Below the pieces are notes generated by a model. The model had not been told where the DNA came from, did not search any database, and saw nothing but the letters and a program-made list of their open reading frames with translations. From the human T2T-CHM13v2.0 reference genome, Homo sapiens, in assembly GCF_009914755.1 (NCBI RefSeq), contig NC_060928.1: a stretch of 64,000 nt of DNA; one strand, written 5' to 3'. Position numbers and translations under genes: made by a program. Each line of letters begins with the position of its first letter. Position 1 is the first letter of the stretch. This document shows, in pieces, positions 1-14,126 of the stretch.

Positions 1-5
1 TAATT

Positions 6-31
6 GTGTGTGTGTGTGTGTGTATGTGTGT
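6..31. repeat. (TG)n microsatellite
   Basis: Direct reading: tgtgtg...tatgtgtg. Confidence 0.9.
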
Positions 32-99
32 TTTCTTATATAATTTTTTTTGCTGTATTGTGAATGTCAAGTTAATTAAAGACGGAAACTATACAATCC

Positions 100-596
100 A
101 AAATATCATCTCTGTGTGACTCCAGGTTAGTTGTTAGTGTTAGCCAAAAAAAATAAAGGAACTTGTACAAAAAATTGGAATGCAGAAGTAAAACTGTAGA
201 CATGGTCAAATTTGGTTATAGATGGAGGCAAAGGTGCCCTGGAGGGTCCCAGCTGGCCCCCACTCCCTTCTGTCCTGTATCTAGCTCTCCCTCCTGACTA
301 ATGGCAAAGCTAGTCCACAGTGCCCCAGGCCCACAACCAGATGCTAAGCTGTGGACCCACAGAGGCCTCTCCACATGCTTCCCTGTTGTGAGAGCTGGAC
401 ATGGAAGCTCTGATTTGTCCATCCATGCCAGGGCTTCAGACAGACTAAGGATGCTTCCCTGATTTTCTGACTTCCACTTTGAGACCTTCACTTCCCCAGT
501 CCCTCTCACAGCTGTGAAAGGACTAATTTTTATAATTTATTTACTCCATAATATGCATAGTGGCTCTGCATTTCCAAATGAATTTTGACTGACACA
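100..596 (+). mobile_element. Old ERVL-class LTR remnant (family uncertain)
   Basis: Ends 'tagtggctctgcatttcc...tgactgacaca', resembling ERVL LTR 3' termini. The left boundary is approximate. Confidence 0.45.
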
Positions 597-1864
597 GTTG
601 TACATATTACACACATTACATGCATACATACATACATACACGTACACATGCATTTATCCACATGTATGTTATATAATTCTTTATTAAATTCCTTATATAT
701 TACATGATTCTTATAACTAGGTTTCTAAGTCATTTTCTATATCCTCAATACCTAGCACAGTATCTGATATAAAATGTATATGCAGTATTTATTGAATGCA
801 AAATGAATGGCAAGCTAATTTTTAGATCGCTGAAAAATATTCTTCTACCCAATGGAAGTCAATGCTCAGTAATTCTGGGAAATTATGCCAACATCAAAGA
901 GTTCTTAAAAGTACAATTTTCAAATTTAGATTTATGATTATATATAATGGGCTTATTAAAAGTAATATTCAGAGATAATAGATTCCAGACCTGCTCAACT
1001 ACAGTGTTTTCCTGCAATATCATGTCAGCTATTTTCTTTTCTCCCTAAAATTAGGAAATTTCAAGTATAGGCATACCTCATTGCATTATACTTCACTTTA
1101 TTGCACTTCACAGATAGTGCATTTTTAGTAAATTAAAGATTTGTGGCAACCCTGCATCAAGCAGATCTGTCAGCGCCATTTTTCCAACAGCATGTACCCA
1201 CATCGTGTCTCTGTGTCACATTTTAGTAATTTTGCAATATTTCAAACTTTTTCATTACTCTTATAACTGTTATGGTGATCTGTGATCAGTGATATTTGAT
1301 GCTGCTACTGTAATTATTTCCGGGTGACACAAACCATGCCCATATTAGACAGCAAACTTATTTGATAAATGTTGTGTGTGTGCTGACTGCTCCACAGACT
1401 AAACCAGCCATTCCCCCATTTCTCTTCCTCTCTTCGGGCCTCCTTATTTCCCGAGACACAACAATATTGAAATTAGTCCTATTAGTAACCCTGCAATGGT
1501 AACTAAGAGGTCAAGTAGCAGGAAGAGTCCTGTGTCTCTCATTTTAAATCAAAAGCTAGAAATGACTAAACTTAAGAGGAAGAAGTGTTGAAAGCCAAGA
1601 AAGGCTGAAAGTTAGGCCTCTTGCACCAAACGGTAAGCCAACTTGTGAACGCAAAAGAAAAGTTCTTAAAGAAAATTGAAAGTGTTACTCCAGTGAACAC
1701 ATGAATAAGAAAACGAAATAGTTTTTATTGTTGATAGGGAGAATATTTTAGTGATCTGGATAGAAGCCACAACATTCTCGTAAGCCAAAGTCTAGTTCAG
1801 AGCAAGACCCTAACTCTCTTCAGTTCTATGAAGGTTGATAGAGGTGAGGAAGGTGCACAAGGAT

Positions 1865-2296
<432 letters not shown>

Positions 2297-2605
2297 CTAA
2301 GATAATTGATGAAGGTGGCTACACTAAACAACATGTTTTCAATGTAGACCAAACAGCCTTCTATTGGAAGAAGATATCATCTAGGACTTTCATAGCTAGC
2401 AAGATGTCGATGCCTGGCTTCAAAGAACAGGCTGACTGTCTTGTTAGGAACTAATGAACCTGCTGATCTGAAGTTGAAGCCAATGCTCATTTACCATTTT
2501 GAAAATCTTAGGGCTCTTAAGAATTATGAAAAATTGACTCTGCCTCGGCTCTATAAAGGAAACAATAAAGACTTGATTACAGCATATCTGTTTACAACAT
2601 GGCTT

Positions 2606-2606
<1 letters not shown>

Positions 2607-2655
<49 letters not shown>
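2607..2655. repeat. (CT)n(AT)n compound microsatellite
   Basis: Direct reading. Confidence 0.95.
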
Positions 2656-2658
2656 AAC

Positions 2659-2946
2659 TTTTTTTTTTTGAAACAGAGTCTCACTCTGTCACCCAGCCTA
2701 GAGTGCAGTGGTGCGGTCTCAGCTCACTGCAACCTCTGCCTGGGTTCAAGCAATTCTCTGCCTCAGCCTCCCAAGTAGCTAGGATTACAGGCACCCACCA
2801 CCACGCCCAGCTAATTTTTTGTATTTGTAGTAGAAATGACGTTTCACCATCTTGGCCAGGCTGGTCTTGAAATCCCAACCTCGTGATCCACCTGCCTTGG
2901 CCTCCCAAAGTGTTGGGATTACAGGCTTAAGCCACTGTGCCTGGCC
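2659..2946 (-). mobile_element. AluS (Sg/Sc-like) inserted in Tigger1
   Basis: Poly-T followed by an antisense Alu body; 'cctcgtgatcc' variant. Confidence 0.92.
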
Positions 2947-4367
2947 AGCTTACTAAATATTTTAAGCCTACTGTTGAGAACTACTGCTCAGGGGAAAAAA
3001 AAAGAAGAAGATTGCTTTCAGGACATTTCTACTCATTGACAGTGCACCTTGTCACCCAAGAGCTCTGATGGAGATGTAGAAGGAGGTTAATGTTATTGTC
3101 ATGCCTGTTAATATATTACGTATTCTACAGTCCATGGATCATGGAGTAATTTCAACTTTCAAGTCTTATTATTTACGAAATACATTTTGTAAGACTATAG
3201 CTGCCATAGGTAGTGATTCTTCTGATGGATCTGAGCAAAGCAAATTGAAAACCTTCTGGAAAGTATATACCATTCTAGATGTCATTAAGAATATTCAGAT
3301 TCATAGGAGGAGGTCAAAATGTCAACATTAATAAGAGTTTAGACGAAGTTGATTCCAACCCTCGTGGATAATTTGAGGAGTTCAAGACTTCAGTGAAGGA
3401 AGTAACTGTAGATGTGGTGGGAATAGCAAAATAACTAGAATTAGAAGTGAAGGCTAAAGATGTGACTGGATTGCTGCAACCTTATGATAAAACTTTAATG
3501 AAGGGAGAATTTCTTCTTATGAATGAGCAAAGAAAGCAGTTTCTTGAGGTGGAATCTCTTCTTGAAGAAGAAGCTTTGAACATTGTTGAAATAACAACAA
3601 AGGATTTAGCATATTACATAAACTTAGTTGATAAAGCAGTGGCAGGGTTTGAGAGGATTGATTCCAATTTTGAAAGAAGTTCTACTGTATTATGTTATCA
3701 AACATCACTGCATGCTACAGAGAAATCTTTCATAAAAGGAAAAGTTCATTGATGTTGCAAACTTTATTGTTGTCTTATTTTAAGAAATTGCCACAGCCAC
3801 CCTAGTCCTCAGCAACAAACACCCTGAGCAGGAAGCAACCATCAACATCAAGGCCAAACCCTCTACCAGGAGAAAGATTATGACTCTCTGAAGGCTCAAA
3901 GGATTGTTAGCATTTTTTAGCAACAAAATATTTTTAAATTAAGCTATGTATTTTTTTTTAGATATAATGCTATTGCACACTGAATAGAGTACAGAATAGC
4001 GTAAACATAAGTTTCATATGCATTGAGAAACAAAAAAATTTCTGTGCCTTGCTTTATGGCAATAATCACTTTATTGTGTTTGGTCTGTAATCAAACCCAC
4101 ACTGTCTTCAGGGTATGCCTGAATATAATTAATTGCTAAGTGACACTCCACCACAACCCCATCTCTGTATCATGCATCTAGGATTGTTATGTTGCATTCT
4201 GCTATGTTTATCCTTTGAAAATAGACTAAAAGGATGCCAGATGCCTGTGGTTAGGAGTCTTGCTAGGTAAGAAAAATGGCTTCAAAAGGGAAACAAGGTC
4301 TGGTGAGGCTGACTCATGGAGATTGGGGAAAGACCAATCCTGGCGCCTCCACATTTGGTCCTGGAAT

Positions 4368-4715
<348 letters not shown>

Positions 4716-5707
4716 TAGTTAGGGCAGCTTCCACCATCTGGAAGAAGGCCAGGAGCTAAGAATGATATGTATAATAGAACATAGGATAGTGGTCAAGTCA
4801 TATGTTGTAATTAAGATTATTTAATCTGTATCATCCCACATTGATGAGCATTGGAGTAGCACCACAAAGGCAAAAGCTGTGGCTGTTTTGCTCACCAATA
4901 AACCTCTAATCCTAACTCAATGCCTGGCATAAAGAAGCACCCCATAAATGTTTGTTAAATGATAAGTGAAAGAATTTTTTCCCATAGCATCACTCAAATC
5001 TTATTTAAGCAGTATAACCTTGTCTAGTTGTGCCATGGAGACAAAGAAAAAGAATTTGAACTCAATGTTTGTCTAGAGCATTAAGGAGCAGCAGTATCTG
5101 CTTCCCACACCACAGCCCTGAAGCCAGTTAGAGTGACCAGCACAGCAGTCAGGAGCAACATACTCCCAAAAATAGATAAATTCATGGAGAAAAGGTGAGA
5201 ATCCTATAGTCCAGTCATTTCCTTCCACCAGAACATTCTCCTTCTATGGTCAATTTTAAAGATTCTAATTTCTTTACTAATATAGGAAAGTCATTCATTA
5301 AGTATTTACTACATCAGTGTATTGAAAAATTACCACTGTTTTCTTTTATCTGCTGCAAATTCATCAAAACTAAATGAAATGTGTCCCTCTCCTCCTCAGA
5401 AGAATAGTCCAGCATTTAATTTATCCTCCCAGTATCTGGGTTTTCCTGGACATTAATAGACAGGAGGATCCCTTTTCAGTGTGAGTATTGAAAAGGAGAT
5501 ATCAGGGATGGGTTCATTTTTGCAGACAATCCTTAAGTAGGCATTTTGGTTTCCAATGGTTGCTCAAAAATTATCTAACTGGTGGCCCAAAGACATGTTT
5601 TGTTTTGTTTGTTTGACATGTGTTCAGTGTTCTAAAAGTTGTGAATTAGTTACAGCGGAGATAAAACAATAGGATTGTCCAATGAGAGAAATGGAGGTCA
5701 AATTCTT

Positions 5708-8133
5708 TTTTGTAATAGAAATTGTATATATTTAAGGTGTACGACATGAGGTTTGGTTTTTATATACATATATAGTGAACTGAATATTACAGTCAAGCTA
5801 ATTAACATATACATATCTTCACATAGTTACCATTTTGTGTGTGAGAGAGAATACTTAAGACCTACTCTCTTAGGAAATTTGCAGTATACAATACATTATT
5901 AGTAACTACAGTCCTCATGCTGCACATTAAATCTCTAGAACTTATTCACCCTGCGTGAATGAAACCATCATTTGACCAACATCTCCCATTTACCCCTTTC
6001 CCTGGTAACCACCCTTCTCCTCTCTGCTTCTGAGAATTCAACTTTTTTATATTCCACATATAAGTGAGATCATGCAGTATTTTTTTCTGTGTCTGGTTTA
6101 TTTCACTTAGCATGATGTCTTCCAAGTTTATCCACGTTGTTCCAAATGGCAAGATTTTCTCTTTTTAAAAAACCAAGTAATATCCCATTGTCTTCATCCA
6201 TTCATATGACAGTGAACACTTAGATTGTTTTCATATCTTGGCTACTATGAATAATGCTGCAATGAATATGGGACTGCAGATACCTCTTTGAGATATTGAT
6301 TTCATTTCCTTGGCTATACACCCAGAAATCATATTGCTGAATCATATGGTAGTTTTATTTTCAATTTTTTGAGAAACCTCCATACTGTTTTCCATAATGC
6401 CTGTAACAATTTACAATATTACCAGCAATGAATAAGAGTTCCCTTTTCACCACATCCTTGCCAATACTTGATATCTTTTGTCTTTCTAATAACAGTCATT
6501 CTAACAGATGTGAGGTGATATATTGTTGGGCTTTTAATGTGCATTTCCCTGATGATTTATGATGTTAAGCACCTTTTAATATACCAACTGGCCATCTGCA
6601 TGTCTTCTTTAGAAAAATGTCTATTCAAGTCCTTTGCCCATTTTAGCAAGCTTGTTTGTTTTTTTGCTACTGAGCTGTATGACTTCCTCATATGTTTTAG
6701 ATGCTAACCCCTTATCAGATAAATGGTTTGCAAATATTTATCTCCCAACCTATAGGGTGCCTTTTCATTTTGTTGATTATTTCCTTGGCTGTACAGAGCT
6801 TTTACTTTAACGTAGTCCCACTTGTTTATTTTTGCTTTTGTTGCCTGCCTCTGTTCATTCCTATATATAGAAAATCCTAAAGATTCCATTAAAAACTATT
6901 AGAACTAATAAATTTAGTAAAGTTGCAGGATACAAAATCAACATACAAAAGTCAGTATCATTTCTTTAAACCAACACCAAACTATCCAAAAAGGGAATCA
7001 AGAAAACAATCTCTGTTATGATAGCATCAAAAAGAATAAAATAATTAGGAATAAATTAACCAAGGAGATGCAATAACTGAATGCTAAAAAAGATAAAACA
7101 TTGACGGAAAAAGACTGAAGAAACAAATGGATGGAGAATTATCTCGTGCTCATGGATTAGAAGACTTAATATTGTTTAACTATCTACACAACCTAAAGTG
7201 ATCTTTACATTAAATGCAATTCTTATTACAATTCCAGTAGCATTCTTCACAGAAACAGAATAAAAGCAATCCTATAAAATTTGCGTGGAACCACAAATGA
7301 CCCCAAACAGCCAAAGCAATCTTAAGAAAGGAGAACAAAATATGAGGCATTACACTTCCTGATTTCAAATTATATTACAAAGTTATAATAATTAAAACAT
7401 TATGGTACTGGAATAAAAACAGACAAATTGGCCAAACGAACAGAATATAGAGCCCAGAAATGAACTCAGGCATAGGTGATCAACTAACTTTCAACAAGGG
7501 TGCCAAGAATACACAATGAGGAAAGGGTAGTCTCTTTGTAGGAAAGCAGTCTGTTGAATGGCAGAGTGATGCCGTCTTGAAGCAAAACTACCATGATGAT
7601 CAATATTTGATGCCTCCATACCAAGGTGTTCTGCAGCAAGATCTTTAAACTGCAGCATAGATAAACACTCATAAAGATGCTTATCTAACCTCCTCAGTGG
7701 TCACAAGTTTCACAAGAAAGTCTGAGATGTGACCAACTGTACATGCTTGTCAAAAGAACCTACTGCCTACTATAAAAAGGATATTTTCTGTGTAAGTCTC
7801 TATTAAATATTGCTTTCTGACAAACTAGATGTGTTAGCCTCTTTCTTTGGCCTCTCAGCTCCCTCAACCATTAGGGGCAGGTTTGCATATATCAGCACAC
7901 CACAGAACACTCTTCCATAAATGGTGTTGGAAAAACTGGATAGCCACATGCAAAAGAAATTGTACCCTTGTCTTATACTGCACACAAAAATCAACACAAA
8001 ATGGATTTAAAGACTTAAACATAAAACCTAAAACCATAAAATTCCTAGAAGAAAATGTAAGGAAGAAGTTCCTTTCTTAACACTGGTCTTGGCAATGTTA
8101 TTTTGGATATGACACCAAAGGCATAGGAAACAA
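5708..8133 (-). mobile_element. L1MA-type LINE-1, 5'-truncated and 5'-inverted (twin priming)
   Basis: 5708-6848 is the L1 3'UTR and ORF2 end on the minus strand. About 6860-8133 is the upstream ORF2 segment on the plus strand. TSD gaggtcaaattctt (5694-5707) / gagctcaagttctt (8134-8147). Confidence 0.9.
7537..7909 (+). mobile_element. Solo ERVL LTR (LTR47-like) nested in the L1
   Basis: TG...CA ends with a 5-bp TSD ctctt/ctctt; TATAAA and ATTAAA inside; the L1 resumes precisely on both sides. Confidence 0.8.
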
Positions 8134-9316
8134 GAGCTCAAGTTCTTGTCAAGGAGCTGACCAGCACCCGGTGAGCCCAACTTCCCATGGAACCAGGAGT
8201 TCCTTCCTCAGGAGGGCAAATTCAACATCTCATGACTTTGCTGGGTAGCAGCTGCCATCCCAAACAACTTCCTGTATAGCTGCTGTTTTACTCCAGGATG
8301 CTTGGTACCCAACCTCAATTCTTTATTCCCTGAACCCAGATCATTCCTCATACTTGCATTTTGAGAAGGTAAGGCAGCACGTGTGCATAGTTCATCCCCA
8401 GAAACGTAACTCCTATGTATCCAGAAGCTTCACCTGGCTCCAGCCTGCTCTCCTGGGGGTAATGAAAGAACAGGAAACTTTATGCCTATTTTCTTAAACT
8501 TCCACTCTATAAACTACCCACCCCATGAAAAAGTTTATTTCTTAATCCCCTTCATGCAACACTGTGGTATTTATCTTCATTTACCTTGTCATGCCTCCTC
8601 ATTGCCTGCATTTAAAAACTGAGAGGTTCCACATGAAAATCTGGATTGCCAATGTATCTTAAAATAGCCTATATTCCCAAATGGCAGCAAACAGCTAGAT
8701 CTCAAAAGCCAGTGGTCCACTATTTCTTGAATGTAAGCTTCAGCTGTCATGTAGCATCATGCTAAACCTGTGATTTACCTGACTGTAGAGTAAGAGGAAT
8801 GTGAATTATTTCTTGGACTTGGAGCTCTACCCTATATTTACTCCCACACACACTCATTGTATTCCTGTCTGGTCCCTGTAGGTTGTGAATAGGTTGTGAT
8901 GCTGATCTAAATCCACTAAGAGATGTAACCAGATTGTCTAAAGGGGAAAGTGAAGGAGACTTTCTGTTTTGAGTGTAGGTGAAGGAGTCACCCTGAAGAA
9001 TGGAAATAGGAGACAGTTCATGGTTTCCAAAGAGACAGACCTGTGAACTGTGAGAAGGGACACTGCCAGCAGACTTTGCAGCAGCCTGCCCTGAGCAGCA
9101 ATTCCAGAGAGGTGATAGAGGACCAGCCTTGCACAAGGCATCACGTGGAGCTAGGAGTGATGGCCAGAAGACATCCTGCAGGACTGCAGAAGTTGCTTTA
9201 TGTAACCCAAAATAAAGAGCTATGAAAACCAACTAGCACTGGGCTTCCCACCCACAGCAGTGAGGCTTAAGGGATCTTTCACTGTGCCTTCGATGAATAA
9301 AAAGCTAGCCTATCCT

Positions 9317-9765
9317 TGTGCCAGATATCTTCCATTTGCCCCTCCAGAACCACTCTCCTCTTTTCTCCATTTTGGTCACTGCTCCAGGGCAGCTTATTTA
9401 TGGATGACATCAGAAAACTCCCAAGTCCTCTGAGTTCCAGTTGAGTTTGGTTAATGGGGACTTCAGGTGATTCTGTGAAGAGTAGGGGCTCTCTCCCTGC
9501 AAGATCATCTCAAGCTGGAGATGCCCCACCATCTAAAGGTTACTGCTTTTCCCAAGATGACTAAAGCTACACCAGTCTGTAAGTTCTGCATGCCTGAGGC
9601 TGGTAACAACTCTGCTGCTAGCCTCAGGTTATGACACCATGCCCTGCAGTTCCCCTCTACCACACCTTCATTAAACAGAGCATTTCAAATGGATGAAGAA
9701 ACCCTCATTGGATTAGCCTGTTTCAAACACACCATCTGTTTCCTGCTGGGACCTTGATGGATACA
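9317..9765 (+). mobile_element. LTR33-like ERVL solo LTR
   Basis: Starts tgtgccagatatcttccatttgcccctccaga and ends ccatctgtttcctgctgggaccttgatggataca. Confidence 0.75.
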
Positions 9766-10044
9766 ACCCCAATGTGATGGAACAGTTGACACCTGTCACG
9801 CTACAAGAAACAGCATTACAGTGGTAGGAGTAGCAGGGCCAGGATCAGAAGCTGACCATTGAATGAGATTGTTCCCAGATCCAGAACAGACATAGTTTCA
9901 CCAGGGATCACAGAGCTTCGTAACCAGAAGCACACACTTGATTATAGCAGAAGTTGTAAGTTATATTGGTATCAAAGCTGCTGCCTTTATATTTAAATTA
10001 AGCACTTCAAACATAGAACTCTATTCAATTAGAAGATTCAAATA

Positions 10045-10350
<306 letters not shown>

Positions 10351-11065
10351 GAAGATTCAAATAGTAATTGCCAACTAAAGGAGAAAAATAAGAGGGAAAC
10401 AGAAAAGGAGATATTTTATAGAGCGAGATAAAAACACACCGAACTACAAAGAAAAAGAGATGCGAAAAACACAGCACATAGAATTTGAGCTTTCTACTAG
10501 GACAGGGCCAGGGGTTCTCTGAGTTTGGCTGGTGAAAGGCTTATATATAGCAGTTGCATGCTTTAAGGTGAAGCATGGGCTTCAAGGTGTTGTCTACTGC
10601 TGCACAGACCTCTTGTCCCCCAGATCCTGCATCCTTTGTAACCCTTAAGCAGATCATGCTGAATGTGGGTCACAAGGCAGGATCCAGACAGGTCAGTACA
10701 CATTTGGAAGAGGGAGCAAGAGAAGGGCTATTTCCCTGTTTATGACTGGAATACTTGAGAAGGGTCTAGGAACTTACCTAGCTTTCGGTTCAAAGACTAT
10801 GGATGTGGCATAAGAAGACCCAAACCCTGTTTTCTACCTGGGTCCCTTTTCCTCAGATGTGGTGCCTCAAAGCCTTAGCTTTACAGCTGTCCCTGCCTTC
10901 ATTCACACATTGGGCACCAGATCCTGTCTGTACAGTGGAAATCTTAAGGTCAGGTCTGCTAGTGTGGTGGAATGTTCACAAAAAGCATGGAAAGCTGTGT
11001 GTGATTGTGTGAGGGACTCATTTTGTGTGAAGGTTTAAGAAATAGCTGGTATAAGATTTAGTCTT

Positions 11066-11377
<312 letters not shown>

Positions 11378-12018
11378 TCATGGAGGTCAATAGCCTGGGT
11401 AAGCTGAAAATAGAAAGTGGAACATCTGAGTCATGGTGCTAGTGCACAGTTTGGGCATTGTTCATGACTACTGGCCGGGGCTAGTGTACAGAGATAATAT
11501 GTGGGCTTGGAACTGGAGCACTTCACATAGGACCCTCCAAATTCTAGAAAGGACTTGCAGTCACTATTCACAGATGAAATCACCAGATGACAATGGAGCC
11601 AATTCTCCTCCTTAGACCAGCCCCCTGGCTCCAAACTTCACAAAGAATTTACAACATTGTAACAGAATGTGACTGTATTCAACTCAGTGTGAATCACACT
11701 CATAACATTTGTGCTATGGTTAAATGATTAAAAGAATCCAACTTTTATGTTATTTAAGACAAAGCCTCCTGGAATTGGTTCAAAGGCTGGAATTAATTCA
11801 GGAGCTGGTCCATAACTTTGGAGATGCATTTATCCATCATTTGCCATTGGTTACACATTGCCTCAGGGAACATTACCACCCCAAAACCCTCACTTCGGGC
11901 TCCCTCTGTGTCCCATATTGTGTCATTGGAAAGCCCTAGAGCCAAAAGCAAAAGTCACACAATGCATGCTTGAGGCATGTTACTGTCAGTACAATGCAAG
12001 TCAAAGACTGCCCAAATC

Positions 12019-12116
12019 CAGCTAGTTCCTCTATCTATAGCTCAAATCAGAAGTCCAAGAGGATGTACAGCTAGTTCCTCCATCTACAGCTCAAATCAGA
12101 AGTCCAAGAGTACGTA
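12019..12116. repeat. Tandem duplication, 49-bp unit x2
   Basis: cagctagttcctc(t/c)atcta(t/c)agctcaaatcagaagtccaagag(gat/tac)gta occurs twice. Confidence 0.95.
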
Positions 12117-13194
12117 AGATAAAGTAAAAGGGGTATCTGGTACACAATGTATCTCCGGAAACTCAATTTATAATAAGAGATGTGCTTAACAAACAAGGAA
12201 TTAGAGCAGAAAGAATTGAACAGTCTTGAGGTATATTTGGTCCTAACTGCAACGGAGCTTGAAAAATTAGATGTGCTTTAGCACAACACATATCTTTGTA
12301 AAAAACAGGATATTTTTGTCCATGAAATACAGTTTTTTCTTTATTGATTGTTAGATAGTTGCATATTTTGGCTATATTGACTTTGCTTTGTTATTTTTAC
12401 TTTTTGCATTTTTAATTAATAGATGATACATTCAAACATCAAAAAGTCCAAAAGTAACTGTTTTAGAAAACTAAACAGAACATCTACATATCCTGTGACC
12501 CAGAAATTCCTTATAGATACACAGGAATGTATACCTACATTACCAAAAGACATGTATGAGATTGTCCATCACAGTACTATTTTCATAATAGCTCTGCCAA
12601 ATGCTGGCTTCTGGAATATATCACCAAATTATCTGTTCAGAAGATAAAGCTGAGTTTACTGCTTAGCAAAGTAAAGGAGAGCATTATCTTTCAGAGTTTT
12701 AGTAGCATCTCAGGGTGGGGGAGGAAAATTATGAAGATTCGGGTTTGGCTTGTTGACCTCTGACCCAAACCTTCTACAAATTTATTGTTTGTAAATTGTA
12801 GGGTGCTTCGTGGTATAATTCAGTATTCATTCTAAAGGCCTAAGAAGGAGGTGAGCCAATGATGTAAATCTCAACCTGAGGACCAGAGATGAGAGGAAAT
12901 GAGACGTCCGAGCTCAATGTAGAATGTGTGATTAGGGTTTAATAATATAAAGATATAAAAGTTTAGGATTGATGGACATAAGGAGGCAAGTATTTTGAGG
13001 TGAAGCTTCCTAAGATTCTTAGAAAGTACACCATCCTTTGGTGCTATTTAAAAGTGGAACAGCCTGATATTTGTTTAAATGGGATTTTTGTAAGAGTCTT
13101 AACAATAAAGTTGTCTGTAACTTATATCTACCTGGTCAAAAGTTTCCTGAAATATTTACATTAAAATAAACAGTAAATTTGTAGAAGGTTTAGG

Positions 13195-13320
13195 GCAGAG
13201 GTCAGCAAATTACGTCTGTGGGTCAAATCCAGCCTATTTGTTTTTGTAAATAAGGTTTGGAATACTGCCAAATCCTTTCATTACATATGTACTGTAACTG
13301 CTTTCCTGCAACACAGCCCT
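13195..13320 (+). mobile_element. MER58-like hAT fragment
   Basis: cagaggtcagcaaattac...gggtcaaatccagcc...tttttgtaaataaggtt. Confidence 0.6.
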
Positions 13321-13587
13321 GTTATCTGATCCTACTGGCCGCCTGTGCCTTTCATTATCTTTGTGCTACTTTACAGCTTTAAAAGTTGTAGACAATGAAT
13401 AGTAATGCAAATTACTCTTGCCTGTAGATACATAAATGAATTTTGTCAGCTGAAGATATAATTGATTATTGCCCTGTGGATATTGGTTAATTTTGCATCT
13501 ATTAGCTAATTTATTTCAGCATTCCTAATTGCCTATATATGTGTCTGTTCTTGGATTCTGTTTGAAGTGGTTTCTTAAATATATATT

Positions 13588-14126
13588 TGTATTAGTTATG
13601 GTTCTCCAGAGAATCAGAACCAATAGGAGATATATATATGTATATATATGTATATATACACACACACATATATATATGTATCATGGATGTCAAAAAGTCC
13701 CATAATCTGATGTCTGCAAGCTGCAAAGCCAGAAAAGCTGGCAGCATAATTCAGTATTCATTCTGAAGGCCTGAGAACCAAGTGAGCCAATGATGCAAAT
13801 CCCAATTACAGGGCCAGAGAAGGTGAGATGAGATGAGATGAGATGAGATGAGATGAGATGAGATGAGATGAGATGAGATGAGATGAGATGTCCCAGCTCA
13901 AGCAGTTTAGGTAGGAAAAAAGGAACAAACTCCTTCTTCCTCTGCTTTTTCTTCTACGCAGGCCCTCAACAGATTGGAAGATGCCCAGGCAGTTGGGGAT
14001 GGCAATCTGCTTTCTCAATCTACTGATTCAAATGCTAATCTCATCCAGAAACATCCTCACAGACATACCCAGAAATGATCTTTAATCTGGGCCAGTGAAA
14101 TTGACATATGAAATTTAACCATTACA
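13588..14126 (-). mobile_element. MLT2B-type ERVL solo LTR with internal (TA/CA)n and (GAGAT)n repeats
   Basis: tgtattagttatggttctccagaga ... aaatttaaccattaca; TSD atatt/atatc. Confidence 0.9.
13825..13889. repeat. (GAGAT)n pentanucleotide STR, about 13 copies
   Basis: Direct reading. Confidence 0.95.

Larger units (their letters stand above)
5575..8720 (+). mobile_element. MER102-like hAT DNA element, split into ~5575-5651 and ~8600-8720 by later insertions
   Basis: The left piece ends 'gtgaattagtt' and the right piece resumes 'ttgcctgcatttaaaaactgagaggttccacatgaaaatctggatt', contiguous in the recalled MER102 consensus. Confidence 0.55.

Noticed and set aside
8762-9232. 156-aa ORF and overlapping ORFs
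   Set aside because: No recognisable homology; consistent with chance or degenerate repeat sequence.
12019-12116. CRISPR-like array
   Set aside because: Only two abutting copies with no spacers, in eukaryotic DNA.
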